Part shown: one piece after another, positions 1-10,169 of the stretch
How the letters are laid out: every line of letters begins with the position of its first letter
Numbering within the stretch: position 1 is the stretch's first letter
DNA from: Nitrospiraceae bacterium
GTDB lineage: Bacteria; Nitrospirota; Thermodesulfovibrionia; UBA6902
Reading direction: 5' to 3'
NCBI GenBank assembly: GCA_003599505.1
Contig: QZKO01000045.1
Coordinates: 2,535 to 66,534 of the forward strand
DNA length: 64,000 nucleotides
The notes under the pieces: generated by a model
The model's input: only the letters and a program-made list of their open reading frames with translations
Databases searched by the model: none
What the model was told of the DNA's origin: nothing
Program-made: the position numbers and the translations under genes

Positions 1-97
1 CGCATGGGACCTGCATAAATCTCCCGAGCAGCGTCAATATAAAACGGGAAGACCTGGAATATGTTGCGCATTGCATTAAGAACTATTTTCACGGGAC

Positions 98-736
98 ATG
101 AGAAACAAGAAAGAGAAAATCATATTGCTCGGCGGCGGCGGACACTCGAAGGTCCTGATAGAACTTATCAGGCTGGACAACAAATACAGGATTGCGGGGA
201 TATTGGATCCGAACCTCAGGATCGGGGACAATATCGCGGACATACCTGTAATCGGCGGCGATGATCTACTGCCCGCCCTTTATGGCAAGGGAGTCAGGAA
301 CGCCTGCATCGCGGTCGGCAGCGTTAAGGACAATTCCGCAAGAAACTCTTTATATAAGACAGCGAAAAGCGCAGGTTTTATTGTCCCGCCGCTGATTCAT
401 CCACGCGCGGTTGTTTCAGGTATGTCGGAAATTTCCGAAGGGGTGCAGGTCATGGCGAACGCGGTTGTTCAGCCGGGCTGTTTTATCGGTGAGAATACCA
501 TTATCAATACAGGGGCCGTTCTGGAACATGATTGCCGTGTCGGGGAGCATGCGCATATAAGTTCCGGCTCGGTTGTTTCAGGCGGATGTCATATTGGAGA
601 AGGTTCTTTTATCGGCTCTGGCTCTGCCGTTATTCAGGGAATCCATATAGGGAAAAACGCGGTTGTCGCCGCCGGAGCCGCGGTTGTAAACAACGTTCCG
701 GACAACGCGCTTGTAAAGGGAGTGCCGGCGAAATGA
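98..736 (+). CDS. Sugar O-acyltransferase, NeuD/PglD family (hexapeptide-repeat acetyltransferase)
   Basis: N-terminal Rossmann-like 'KIILLGGGGHSKV' followed by left-handed beta-helix hexapeptide repeats (VGEHAHISSGSVVSGGCHIGEGSFIGSGSAVIQG). Its 3' end overlaps the neuB start by 4 nt. Confidence 0.75.
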   Translation: MRNKKEKIILLGGGGHSKVLIELIRLDNKYRIAGILDPNLRIGDNIADIPVIGGDDLLPALYGKGVRNACIAVGSVKDNSARNSLYKTAKSAGFIVPPLIHPRAVVSGMSEISEGVQVMANAVVQPGCFIGENTIINTGAVLEHDCRVGEHAHISSGSVVSGGCHIGEGSFIGSGSAVIQGIHIGKNAVVAAGAAVVNNVPDNALVKGVPAK

Positions 737-1761
737 AGACGTTCATCATCGCTGAGGCCGGAATAAATCATAACGGCAGCGTGAAAATCGCCAAAGAGCT
801 CGTTGACGCCGCCGCTGAAGCCGGCGCCGACGCGGTAAAGTTCCAGACGTTTAAGGCGGAAGAACTGGCGGCAAAGACAGCGGTAATGGCGGATTACCAG
901 ATAAAAAACACCGGCATGAAAAAATCCCAGTACGAGATGCTCAGAGAACTGGAGCTGCCGGAAGCCGCCCACAGGGAGCTTTTTACCTACTGCGGGAAGA
1001 AAAAGATTATGTTTATGTCCACGCCGTTTGATGTGGCAAGCGCGGACTTCCTTGGCAAACTGGGGATGGAGATTTTCAAAATCCCTTCCGGCGAGATAAC
1101 CAATAAGCCGTTGATTCAGCGCATTGCCGGAAAGAAAAAGCCCCTCATCCTTTCAACCGGCATGTCTTATTTAGGAGAGGTCGAAAAGGCGATCAGATGG
1201 ATAAACGAAGCCCGGGGTCATGCTCGTAAAAGCCCTCTGTTAACGCTGCTTCATTGTGTCTCAAATTATCCCGCTGTTGCCGACGATGTAAATTTGTTGG
1301 CTATTAAAACGATGAAGAATGCCTTCGGATTACCCGTCGGTTATTCGGATCATACAATGGGGACAGAGGTGCCTATCGCCGCCGCGGCAATCGGGGCTAC
1401 TGTAATAGAAAAACATTTTACCCTTGATAGAACTATGGAAGGGCCCGACCACAAGGCGTCCCTGGAACCTCATGAATTAGGGAAGATGGTCGCGGCAATC
1501 AGGACAGTTGAGCGCGCAATGGGAGATGGGATAAAGAGGCCGGTTGCGAGCGAGCAGTCCGTCAGTCTCCTTGCCAGGAGAAGCCTCGTCGCCGCCAGAC
1601 AGATAGAAGCAGGTTCAACAATAAATCCGGATGATATTGCTGTTAAGAGACCGGGAAACGGAATCCTCCCTGAATTCCAGGAAGTCATCGTCGGCATGAA
1701 GGTCAGGAGACGGATCGAAAAAGATTCGGTCATAATGTGGGGAAATCTGAAAGATGCGTAA
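733..1761 (+). CDS. neuB: N-acetylneuraminate / nonulosonic acid synthase (NeuB family)
   Basis: 'MKTFIIAEAGINHNGS...' is the NeuB TIM-barrel N-terminus and the C-terminus has an SAF/antifreeze-like domain. The real start is the ATG at 733; the longer 532..1761 ORF is an out-of-frame overlap artefact. Confidence 0.85.
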   Translation: MKTFIIAEAGINHNGSVKIAKELVDAAAEAGADAVKFQTFKAEELAAKTAVMADYQIKNTGMKKSQYEMLRELELPEAAHRELFTYCGKKKIMFMSTPFDVASADFLGKLGMEIFKIPSGEITNKPLIQRIAGKKKPLILSTGMSYLGEVEKAIRWINEARGHARKSPLLTLLHCVSNYPAVADDVNLLAIKTMKNAFGLPVGYSDHTMGTEVPIAAAAIGATVIEKHFTLDRTMEGPDHKASLEPHELGKMVAAIRTVERAMGDGIKRPVASEQSVSLLARRSLVAARQIEAGSTINPDDIAVKRPGNGILPEFQEVIVGMKVRRRIEKDSVIMWGNLKDA

Positions 1762-2926
1762 TATAGCAGTTGTTACAGGCACGAGGGCCGATTATGGCCT
1801 GCTTTACCATATTATAAAGGGCATATATGAAGATCCTGATCTCGGACTGTCTCTTGTTGTGACCTCGATGCATCTTTCGCCTGAGTTCGGCATGACGGTA
1901 AAGGACATCGAAAGAGACGGCTTCCCTGTAGCGGAAAAGATCGACATGCTCCTGTCCTCTGATACACGGGAAGCTATTGCAGCTTCAATGGGATTGGGCA
2001 TGATCGGCTTTGCAAAGGCATATGCGCGATTGAAACCCGATATACTTGTGCTGCTCGGAGACCGCTTTGAAATCCACGCCGCCGCAAGCGCCGCGGTGCC
2101 TTTCGGGATCCCTGTTGCTCATATACACGGCGGAGAGCTGACCAAGGGCTCAATGGACGAGCTTTTCCGGCACTCTATAACCAAGATGAGTCATCTCCAT
2201 TTTGTCTCAACGGAAAAATATGCTTCAAGGATAAGACAAATGGGCGAACGGCCTGAAAACGTCTTTGTTACGGGAGCGCCCGGACTGGACAACATCATAA
2301 AACTGAAATTATTTAACAGGGCGAGGGCCTCTGAAGAGATAGGTATTCCCGTGGACAAAGAATGGGGTGTTGTAACTTATCACCCTGAAACGCTGGAGAG
2401 GGAAAACTCTTCCGTGGTCCAAATAAAAGAAATTCTTAACGCCCTGGACGAATTCCCCTTGATACACTGGATTTTTACCTTTCCCAATGCCGATACGGAC
2501 AGCCGGGCGATTGTACGTAATATCGAGGCATATGTCCGCCAGAGAAAAGGGAACTCCTCGGTTTTTATTTCGCTCGGACAGCTCAAGTATCTGTCGCTTC
2601 TGAAAAACGCCTCTGTCATGGCCGGCAATTCATCATCAGGCATTATCGAGGCGCCTTCATTTAAGTTACCCGTTGTAAATATCGGGAGCAGGCAGGACGG
2701 AAGAATACGGGCAAGGAATGTTATAGACGTTCCGGTCTGCAAAAAAAATAATATAATAAACGCCGTCAGGAAATCCCTTTCAAAAGATTTCAGGGACTCA
2801 CTGAAAGGGCTTAAGAACCCATATGGCAATGGTCATGCAAGCTCAAGGATTGTAAAAATTCTGAAAAGAATACCGCTTTCCCGGTTACAGAAGAATTTTT
2901 ATGATTTAAAGACAGGCAGGATTTAA
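1754..2926 (+). CDS. neuC: UDP-N-acetylglucosamine 2-epimerase (hydrolysing), NeuC family
   Basis: 'IAVVTGTRADYGLL...SMHLSPEFG...AHIHGGE' are NeuC/UDP-GlcNAc 2-epimerase motifs. The start overlaps the neuB stop by 8 nt. Confidence 0.85.
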   Translation: MRNIAVVTGTRADYGLLYHIIKGIYEDPDLGLSLVVTSMHLSPEFGMTVKDIERDGFPVAEKIDMLLSSDTREAIAASMGLGMIGFAKAYARLKPDILVLLGDRFEIHAAASAAVPFGIPVAHIHGGELTKGSMDELFRHSITKMSHLHFVSTEKYASRIRQMGERPENVFVTGAPGLDNIIKLKLFNRARASEEIGIPVDKEWGVVTYHPETLERENSSVVQIKEILNALDEFPLIHWIFTFPNADTDSRAIVRNIEAYVRQRKGNSSVFISLGQLKYLSLLKNASVMAGNSSSGIIEAPSFKLPVVNIGSRQDGRIRARNVIDVPVCKKNNIINAVRKSLSKDFRDSLKGLKNPYGNGHASSRIVKILKRIPLSRLQKNFYDLKTGRI

Positions 2927-2927
2927 T

Positions 2928-4022
2928 ATGGAAAAGGGCAAAATAAAACTTTTATGCACGCCGCCTGATACAAGCATTAAAAATGCAATCAGGACGCTCA
3001 ATGAAACCGGCGGCAAGATCCTTTTTGTGACGGACGCCGAAGACGCGCTGCTCGGCACCATGACGGACGGAGATATCAGGAGGGGCATTATCAACGGAAT
3101 GCAGCTTACCGATGGGGTCTCCGGAATAATGAACACAAAATTCTTTTCTATCAGGGCACAGGGGCCGGACAGTCTCCGCGAGGCAGGGCAGCTCATGCAG
3201 AAGCACTTAATCAGCCATATACCCGTCCTTGACGATAACAGGAGGATTATTGATGTCATTTCCTGGCTTGACTGTCTGAATCCGGAGACCGAACCCCCGC
3301 ATAAGGCCCGGGATAAATTCAGGAACACTGTCGTAATAATGGCAGGCGGCAAGGGGACGCGGCTGGACCCGTTCACAAAGATACTGCCTAAGCCTCTTGT
3401 GCCGATCAGGGACAAACCGGTTATTGAGCATATAATGGACAGGTTTTTTATAAACGGTTTTTCAAAGTTCATTCTTGTAATAAACTACAAAAAGGAGATG
3501 ATAAAGTCATATTTCAGCGAAAGTAAATTGCCGTATGAAATAGAGTTTGTCGAAGAGCAGGATTACTGCGGGACCGCCGGCGGGATATCATTATTGAAAA
3601 ATAAAATTGAAGGCGCGTTTATAGTTACGAACTGCGATACATTCCTTGAAGGGGAATATTCGGACTTTATCAACTGGCATGAAAATCACAATAATTTCCT
3701 GACAATAATCGGCTCCCATAAGGAGATCGAGGTGCCTTACGGCGTGCTCCGCATGAACAACGGCTCACTGCTTGAAATAAATGAAAAGCCCAGGATTGAC
3801 CTCTTCATAAATACCGGCACGTATATCTTTGAACCAGACCTGTTTGACTTTATAAAGGAAAACGAACGCATTGATATGGACAAGCTGATCGAACGGGTCA
3901 AGACGGAGCATGGCGACCGCGTCGGCGTTTACCCTCATTGGGGCGGCTGGTTCGATCTGGGACAGTGGGATGAATATAAACGGAGCCTGAAAAAAATCGG
4001 AGAGTATCCGGATGAATTATAG
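2928..4022 (+). CDS. CBS-domain-containing sugar-phosphate nucleotidyltransferase (PtmE-like)
   Basis: Tandem CBS pair at the N-terminus, then 'VVIMAGGKGTRLDPFTKILPKPLVPI', the NTP-transferase signature G-x-G-T-R-L. The start lies 2 nt after the neuC stop. Confidence 0.8.
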   Translation: MEKGKIKLLCTPPDTSIKNAIRTLNETGGKILFVTDAEDALLGTMTDGDIRRGIINGMQLTDGVSGIMNTKFFSIRAQGPDSLREAGQLMQKHLISHIPVLDDNRRIIDVISWLDCLNPETEPPHKARDKFRNTVVIMAGGKGTRLDPFTKILPKPLVPIRDKPVIEHIMDRFFINGFSKFILVINYKKEMIKSYFSESKLPYEIEFVEEQDYCGTAGGISLLKNKIEGAFIVTNCDTFLEGEYSDFINWHENHNNFLTIIGSHKEIEVPYGVLRMNNGSLLEINEKPRIDLFINTGTYIFEPDLFDFIKENERIDMDKLIERVKTEHGDRVGVYPHWGGWFDLGQWDEYKRSLKKIGEYPDEL

Positions 4023-4782
4023 GGACCTCTTCTCTTGTGAAAACAAAGTGGCAGTGGTCACCGGCGGCGCCGGTCTTATCGGCAGGGAAATTGCCCTCGG
4101 CCTGTATAATTTCGGGGCAGAAGTCTATGTCGCCGACATAAACAGGGCAAATGCTGAAGGGATACTGAATGAAAAAACAGGATTTCTCCAACTTGATATA
4201 ACGTCGGAAGACGGCATAAACAGAGCTTTCTCTCAGGCAATCAGGGAAAAGGGCAGAATAGACATCGTGGTAAACTGCGCATATCCGCGGACAGAGGACT
4301 GGGGCGAGAAATTCGAGAACATAAAATTCACCTCATGGAAAGACAACGTCAATAACCACCTCGGGGGTATATTCCTTTGCTGCCGCTCCGCCGCGGAGCA
4401 GATGAAAAAGCAGGGAGGCGGGGTCATTATAAACCTGGCGTCGATATACGGCATCAGCGCGCCTGACTTTTCAATCTATGAAGGCACCGACATGACCATG
4501 CCCGCCGCTTACTCGGCAATAAAAGGCGGGATAATAACACTGACAAAATATATTGCCGCCTATTACGGGAGGCACAACGTACGGGCGAATGCAATCTCAC
4601 CCGGTGGGATTTATGACAGGCAGCCCGAAGCCTTTGTCAAGAAATATTCTGCAAAAACCCCCCTCGGCAGAATGGGAGCGCCTCAGGAAATTGTCGGCGC
4701 TGTGATCTATCTCGCCTCTGAAGCTTCGTCCTATGTGACAGGTGAAAATCTTCTGATTGACGGCGGATGGACCGCCTGGTAA
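4012..4782 (+). CDS. SDR-family NAD(P)-dependent oxidoreductase (PtmA-like)
   Basis: 'VAVVTGGAGLIGREIA' Gly-rich cofactor-binding site; 'YSAIKGG' is the catalytic YxxxK. Overlaps the upstream gene. Confidence 0.8.
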   Translation: MNYRDLFSCENKVAVVTGGAGLIGREIALGLYNFGAEVYVADINRANAEGILNEKTGFLQLDITSEDGINRAFSQAIREKGRIDIVVNCAYPRTEDWGEKFENIKFTSWKDNVNNHLGGIFLCCRSAAEQMKKQGGGVIINLASIYGISAPDFSIYEGTDMTMPAAYSAIKGGIITLTKYIAAYYGRHNVRANAISPGGIYDRQPEAFVKKYSAKTPLGRMGAPQEIVGAVIYLASEASSYVTGENLLIDGGWTAW

Positions 4783-4809
4783 GAAACCGTCAGGAAATAT
4801 AATAGACAC

Positions 4810-5751
4810 ATGAAAGTGCTGGTTGCAGGCTGCGGCTCCATCGGGCAAAGACATGTCGGGAATCTTATTGATTCGGACAGAATTCACGAAATAATCCTCT
4901 ATACGCAAAACAGAGACTGCGTCAAAGAACTGGATGACAAAGGGAAAATATGCTTCACCCCTTCTCTTGACGGGGTCACAGCCGATTTCGCTGTTGTTGC
5001 CAACGAGACCTGTAAACATATTGATACGGCCATTCAATTGGCTGAAAAAGGCCTTCATTTGTTCATTGAAAAACCGCTGTCGCATAATTTTGACGGAATT
5101 GATGCGTTAAGAGAGGCCGTTGAAAAAAAGGGCATAAAGACATTCGTCGGTTACAACTTGAGGTTTCTTAAGGCAATGGAATATATAAAAGAGCGGCTTT
5201 CAGGAGGCATTCTCGGTAATCTGTACTTTGTCAAAATAGAAGTAGGGCAGTATCTGCCTTTCTGGAGAAAAAACCGGGATTACAGGGAATCGTACAGTTC
5301 AAGCGCTGAACGCGGCGGGGGAGTTGCACTCGATTTGTCACACGAACTTGACTATATGCGCTATCTTTTCGGCGACCCGCTCAGATGGAAGGTTTTCCGC
5401 ACAAGGACCGGCGAGCTCGACATAGATGCCGAGGACATGTTTGAAGGCCTTTATCTTTATGAGGAAAAATTCATCTGTAATGTGCATATGGATTATCTGC
5501 AAAAAGATGCGACCCGCACTCTCAGGATTAAAGGCAGTAAGGGCGAGCTTTTTTGCGATTTCCTAATGGGAGAGCTGACGGTTTCCGCTGGAAATGCAAG
5601 GACTGTCATAAAAGACGCTTTTATATTTGATATTAATAAAACATACCGTGACGAGATGGACCATTTCATGGATATTGTTGAAAAAGGCACGGAGCCGGCT
5701 GTCACCCTTGAAGACGGGATAGCCGTATTGAAACTGATAAAGGACAGTTAA
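4810..5751 (+). CDS. Gfo/Idh/MocA-family oxidoreductase (PtmF-like)
   Basis: N-terminal 'MKVLVAGCGSIGQRHV' Rossmann motif and an 'EKPL' motif typical of the Gfo/Idh/MocA family. Confidence 0.75.
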   Translation: MKVLVAGCGSIGQRHVGNLIDSDRIHEIILYTQNRDCVKELDDKGKICFTPSLDGVTADFAVVANETCKHIDTAIQLAEKGLHLFIEKPLSHNFDGIDALREAVEKKGIKTFVGYNLRFLKAMEYIKERLSGGILGNLYFVKIEVGQYLPFWRKNRDYRESYSSSAERGGGVALDLSHELDYMRYLFGDPLRWKVFRTRTGELDIDAEDMFEGLYLYEEKFICNVHMDYLQKDATRTLRIKGSKGELFCDFLMGELTVSAGNARTVIKDAFIFDINKTYRDEMDHFMDIVEKGTEPAVTLEDGIAVLKLIKDS

Positions 5752-5786
5752 CGTGTGCATTCCTTCAGAGCAATCCGGGGTTTCCC

Positions 5787-6494
5787 ATGTATAACAATAA
5801 TGTAATACTGTGCGTTATTCCAGCCAGAGGAGGTTCAAAGGGTCTTCCGGGAAAAAACACGAAACACCTCCTGGGGAAACCCCTTATCGGCTATACGATT
5901 GAGCAGGCGCGGCAGTCAAAGTATATTGACCGTATCATCGTCTCTACTGAAGACCCCCTGATAGCAGAAGTCGCAAAAAAGTTCACTGCTGAAACGCCGT
6001 TTATTCGGCCCAGGGAGCTTGCGGAAGACAACAGCAGCACGCTTGATGTGCTTGTCCATGCAATCAGGTGGATGGAGGAGAGGGAAAACTACAGGTTTGA
6101 TATCCTGGTGCTCCTGCACGTAACGACTCCTCTCAGATATCCTGAAGACATTGACAATTGCATTTCCCTCCTTGTAGATGAAAAAGCTGATAATGTTTTT
6201 TCGGTAACTGAAGCCCAAAGGAACCCTTATTTCAACATGGTGGAAATCAGCGGTAATAATGAAGTAACGCTTGTAAAAAAAGGGGTCTTCGCCACAAGAC
6301 AATCTGCCCCTGAGGTCTATGACATGAACTCCTCGATATATGTCTGGTGGAAGGATACATTCAAGGCGGAAAAAGGACTCTTCCTCAAGAAGACCAGAAT
6401 ATATACAATGCCAAGGGAAAGATCCATCGACATAGACGGGCCTCTGGACTTCAGGATCGCCGAGATGCTGCTGCAGGATAAGCAACTATCTTAA
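5787..6494 (+). CDS. neuA: CMP-nonulosonic acid synthetase (acylneuraminate cytidylyltransferase family)
   Basis: 'VILCVIPARGGSKGLPGKNTKHLLGKPLIGYTIEQA' is the canonical CMP-NeuAc/CMP-Leg synthetase N-terminus. Confidence 0.85.
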   Translation: MYNNNVILCVIPARGGSKGLPGKNTKHLLGKPLIGYTIEQARQSKYIDRIIVSTEDPLIAEVAKKFTAETPFIRPRELAEDNSSTLDVLVHAIRWMEERENYRFDILVLLHVTTPLRYPEDIDNCISLLVDEKADNVFSVTEAQRNPYFNMVEISGNNEVTLVKKGVFATRQSAPEVYDMNSSIYVWWKDTFKAEKGLFLKKTRIYTMPRERSIDIDGPLDFRIAEMLLQDKQLS

Positions 6495-6520
6495 AGCCCG
6501 ATGTTCTTCGCTAATTCCTT

Positions 6521-8011
6521 ATGTTAAGGAAAAAGATATTTATTAACACGGCTGTAAACTCGGGAGGGAAGCTTTTGTCCTTTGCCCTCCAGATATTCAT
6601 TATGACATACCTGATAAAAGTCCTCGGGAAAGACTCTTACGGGGTAGTCGTGCTCGCCCTTGCCCTTGTCGCCAATACCAATATCCTTGAGGCCGGCTTC
6701 GGCCTGTCCGTCACGAAATATGTTGCAGAGTACAAGGCCAGGGGCGACTGGCCGAGGCTTCTTCAGACAATAAACACAAACCTTGTCATCTCCACAATAA
6801 TGGGAATTGTAATGTGTTCCATACTTACGCTTATAAATGAAGTCTTCCTTGAAAAAATATTTACCATTCCGTCAGAGCTTGTTCCCGGCGCAAAAAACAT
6901 GATCAGGGCGCTGATACTGCTTTCAGTCGTCGAATTCTGGTCAGTCAGCCTGATACGTGTTGCAGAGGGGCTTCAGAAGTTTGCTCTGGCCAGGTCTATG
7001 GAGCTTGTCAAATGGTTTCTCAGGGCGGTATTTGTTTTAATAGCGGTCTATGCCGGGTACGGATTAGCAGGAATAGGCGCGGCCTATCTGGCCGCCGGCA
7101 TTCTGAGCCTTGTCGTCGTCTATATAAAGGTCATTATGCAAGACCCGGAGCTCAGGTTATCCATATCGCTCAGCAGCAAGGAATCCTTCAAACAGCTCTT
7201 CGGCTTCAGCATCTGGATATTCCTGTCAAAAGCGTTCGCGTTCATTTCATACAAAATCGATACAATAGTTATCGCCATATTCCTCCCGCCGGCAAACCTT
7301 GCCTACTACAGCATAGCTTTCAAGGTATACGAGATTCTAAGTTACGGCATCAACCTGATATCATATGCGATCATGCCAGTGACTTCTGAACTTCAAGCCG
7401 CAGATAATCGGACTAAATTAAGACTGCTGTTTCACAAGTCTTCCAGGTATACATTGATGTTTATGTTTCCCATTTTGGCCTTTTCTTTTTTATACGTGTT
7501 TCAGGTAATAGAATTCTGGGTTGGAGAAGACTTCGGCATTTCTGTAATGTTGGCCCAAATGTTTATCATTTCCCTGTTCTTCGTAGCTCTTTCTTCAAGC
7601 GGGGCAGTTATGATGATAGGACTTAACAGGGTAAAAGAACTTGTCGTTTATGCCGGCGCGGGCTCCTTAGTAAATCTGACAGTCAGTATTGTAATGGTAA
7701 AAGAAATAGGAGTAAAGGGGGTTCTGGTCGGGACCCTGGTCGGGTCGGTCATAATTGCTTCCGGATATTTATACAGGATGCTGAGATTGTTTGAATATCC
7801 CTTCCTGCTTTTCCTGAAAGACATTCTCGGCTGGCCGTTGACAGGAGCAGCAATACTCGGGAGCGTCCTGTCCGCGCTGCCCGGTAATTTTTACATCGGG
7901 GTATCAGTGACTCTCATTTATATGGCACTGTCTGTTCTCTTATTTTCCGACAGGGATGACATCCGGGCCATAATGAACCGAAGGGACCGGGACATTAAGT
8001 TTTCATCATGA
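6521..8011 (+). CDS. Polysaccharide flippase (Wzx / MOP superfamily)
   Basis: Hydrophobic membrane protein of about 496 aa with the typical 'MLRKKIFINTAVNSGGKLLSFALQ' N-terminus of polysaccharide-biosynthesis flippases. Confidence 0.8.
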   Translation: MLRKKIFINTAVNSGGKLLSFALQIFIMTYLIKVLGKDSYGVVVLALALVANTNILEAGFGLSVTKYVAEYKARGDWPRLLQTINTNLVISTIMGIVMCSILTLINEVFLEKIFTIPSELVPGAKNMIRALILLSVVEFWSVSLIRVAEGLQKFALARSMELVKWFLRAVFVLIAVYAGYGLAGIGAAYLAAGILSLVVVYIKVIMQDPELRLSISLSSKESFKQLFGFSIWIFLSKAFAFISYKIDTIVIAIFLPPANLAYYSIAFKVYEILSYGINLISYAIMPVTSELQAADNRTKLRLLFHKSSRYTLMFMFPILAFSFLYVFQVIEFWVGEDFGISVMLAQMFIISLFFVALSSSGAVMMIGLNRVKELVVYAGAGSLVNLTVSIVMVKEIGVKGVLVGTLVGSVIIASGYLYRMLRLFEYPFLLFLKDILGWPLTGAAILGSVLSALPGNFYIGVSVTLIYMALSVLLFSDRDDIRAIMNRRDRDIKFSS

Positions 8012-8733
8012 ATACTTCTTTAAACAAATTAAAATGGAAGATCAAGGTCTCAGTATACAATCAGAATATACTCAACTTGATTAGAGTGACTAAATATTTT
8101 TGCCTGGTAAATGAGTCGTCAAGATTACTGGATATCGGATGCAATGATGCCGTCTATACAAAGAAATACTGTGACAGCTTCGGAATTGATTTTGAGAATG
8201 CCTGCGGTATCGACTACAATGAGGAAAACATAACAGCTCTACCGAGAGACAGATTTTACTATCACGATATAGACTTACTGCGTCCGCTGCCATACGGGGA
8301 CAGACTGTTCGACCTGGTCATAATGAATCAGGTGCTGGAGCATGCAAAGAATATCTCGCATATCATTGCGGAAATCAACAGGGTTTCCCGAAAAGGTTCG
8401 ACATTCGTTTTATCGGTTCCCAATCTTGCAGCTTTGCACAGCAGATTGCTGCTCCTGGCAGGGAAAATGCCGTTAGCTATCCAGGGCATGGATGCCCATG
8501 TAAGGGGATTTACAATAAACTCACTTAAAAAATATGTGTCCAACTACGGTTTCCAGTATACCGGGTGCACAGGCAGCGGATTATATCCTTTTACGGGAAG
8601 TCTTACCGGGTATATCGGACGACTATTCCCTCAGTTCTCAGTATTCATTACTCTGGTTTTTAAAAAAACCGATGATTACGATTTGTCCAAATTGCGGACC
8701 AAACATTTTCACGAAACTAAAGTTGACTTTTAA
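8008..8733 (+). CDS. Class I SAM-dependent methyltransferase
   Basis: 'LLDIGCNDAVYTKKY' (motif I) and 'LVIMNQVLEHAKN' (Methyltransf_11-like). Overlaps the flippase stop by 4 nt. Confidence 0.7.
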   Translation: MNTSLNKLKWKIKVSVYNQNILNLIRVTKYFCLVNESSRLLDIGCNDAVYTKKYCDSFGIDFENACGIDYNEENITALPRDRFYYHDIDLLRPLPYGDRLFDLVIMNQVLEHAKNISHIIAEINRVSRKGSTFVLSVPNLAALHSRLLLLAGKMPLAIQGMDAHVRGFTINSLKKYVSNYGFQYTGCTGSGLYPFTGSLTGYIGRLFPQFSVFITLVFKKTDDYDLSKLRTKHFHETKVDF

Positions 8734-8761
8734 TAAATCTGCCGGGACGTACGTCACTGAT

Positions 8762-10168
8762 ATGCTTTTATCAGCCCTTAATTACAAGAACTTATTTAAG
8801 GCATTTTTACTCTTTGCCATTCTTTATAACGGATACAGATACTTCTATTTCCCATGGGATAAAGGAGGCCAGGCGCCCTCTATGCCCTTATATTTCTCCA
8901 TATTAAAGGACGCGCCCTGGGCCATTATCGTTTTCCTTGGTCTTGGCGGATTATATTGCAACAGAAAAAATCCTGCGGGACCACTGTACCGGAAATGGGA
9001 AAAATATGACTATTGGACGCTTTTTTTTATAATTGCCCATATTATTCTGCTTTCTGTTGCTGTCGCGCATCTTTCCCATAAAAACCCGATCGATGTTTTT
9101 CAACGGGATATCAAAAATGTCCAGTACGTTTTTTTGCCGTTAATATTCCCGCTCATCATCAAAAGTGAACATGATATTATTAAACACCTGGACTGGTTGA
9201 CAATAATCGGGGTTTCCGTGTCCCTGTTTGGATATTATACCCACCTGTTTGTCCCGGCATTTACCCTGGAAAACGCAGTACTGTCAACCCTCCAGTCTCC
9301 AATTTGCTTCGGCACCTTCGCGGTAATATTGTTTATGATAGCATTGCCCCGCGTACTTGAAAGCGAAGTTTCAGCATACTGGTACTCGGCTTTGTGTTTA
9401 TTCTATGGCAGCATCCTGCTATCGGCATCCGCTGCAGCGCTCCTGAGCATGATAGTCGGAACACTTTTTGTATTGTTTATTTCAAGACCTCGTTTGTCCA
9501 GCTTAAAGCGGGTCTGTGTCCTTATGATTATTTCGAGCCTCATATTTTACGGCCTCGGTTTTTTCAACAAGCTTACGGGCAAGGTGAACAATTCCGTTTC
9601 TTCCTATACCTCTCTTAATGGGATTAAGTCCTATGAAGAGGTAAACATAAAACCTGCCGGGAAGCCCTCTTTTTCGTGGGACTTTCTCAAGATACCTTAC
9701 AATCCCATTTCAGACAATACATACCGTTTCACAACTCAATATACCAGTATTGCTGCCAGGAAAGTATATTTCGAGGAAATTACAAAGTATCTGAAGACAG
9801 CCTCAGTAAAGAATATTTTGTGGGGAGATTTCTCTCTGAAAAACCATTTTGAGTATGATAATGTATATTTCTATTTCATAAAAAATGATGGTATAATTGT
9901 TACGGCCTTGATATTATCACTTCTAAGCGGTGGTATTTTTACCGGCTTTAAAAAATTCAAAAAGTTAAAAAAATCGGGCAGGACCAAAATGGCCGGCATA
10001 TCGTTGGGTGTTACCGCGGCATTGTTTATTTTAACTGTTATCCAGTTTAACCTTTCCTATTTTTTTACTATTTATCCTCTCAATTTTCTGACATATTTTC
10101 TTCTGGTTTTAATTGCTTTCATCAATCCTTCGGATGAGAGCAACATGCAATCAGATCAGGTGCAGTGA
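8762..10168 (+). CDS. Polytopic membrane protein, O-antigen polymerase/ligase-like (Wzy-like)
   Basis: Multi-TM protein located between the flippase and a glycosyltransferase. Start chosen at the ATG at 8762, downstream of the methyltransferase stop. The 8534 ORF extension overlaps the methyltransferase in another frame. Confidence 0.5.
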   Translation: MLLSALNYKNLFKAFLLFAILYNGYRYFYFPWDKGGQAPSMPLYFSILKDAPWAIIVFLGLGGLYCNRKNPAGPLYRKWEKYDYWTLFFIIAHIILLSVAVAHLSHKNPIDVFQRDIKNVQYVFLPLIFPLIIKSEHDIIKHLDWLTIIGVSVSLFGYYTHLFVPAFTLENAVLSTLQSPICFGTFAVILFMIALPRVLESEVSAYWYSALCLFYGSILLSASAAALLSMIVGTLFVLFISRPRLSSLKRVCVLMIISSLIFYGLGFFNKLTGKVNNSVSSYTSLNGIKSYEEVNIKPAGKPSFSWDFLKIPYNPISDNTYRFTTQYTSIAARKVYFEEITKYLKTASVKNILWGDFSLKNHFEYDNVYFYFIKNDGIIVTALILSLLSGGIFTGFKKFKKLKKSGRTKMAGISLGVTAALFILTVIQFNLSYFFTIYPLNFLTYFLLVLIAFINPSDESNMQSDQVQ

Positions 10169-10169
10169 T

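Noticed and set aside
532-1761. 409-aa ORF extending neuB upstream across the acetyltransferase gene
   Set aside because: The extension overlaps the hexapeptide-repeat gene in another frame and has R/C-rich nonsense composition. NeuB homology begins at the ATG at 733 (MKTFIIAEAGINHNG).
7012-7389. 125-aa R-rich ORF inside the flippase gene, and similar antisense or alternate-frame ORFs inside infB, uvrA, glmS and others
   Set aside because: Embedded in or antisense to well-supported genes, with compositionally biased R/P/S-rich translations typical of off-frame artefacts.
8534-8761. N-terminal extension of the Wzy-like ORF overlapping the methyltransferase gene
   Set aside because: Overlaps the 3' end of the methyltransferase in a different frame. 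The first hydrophobic Wzy-like sequence starts at the ATG at 8762.
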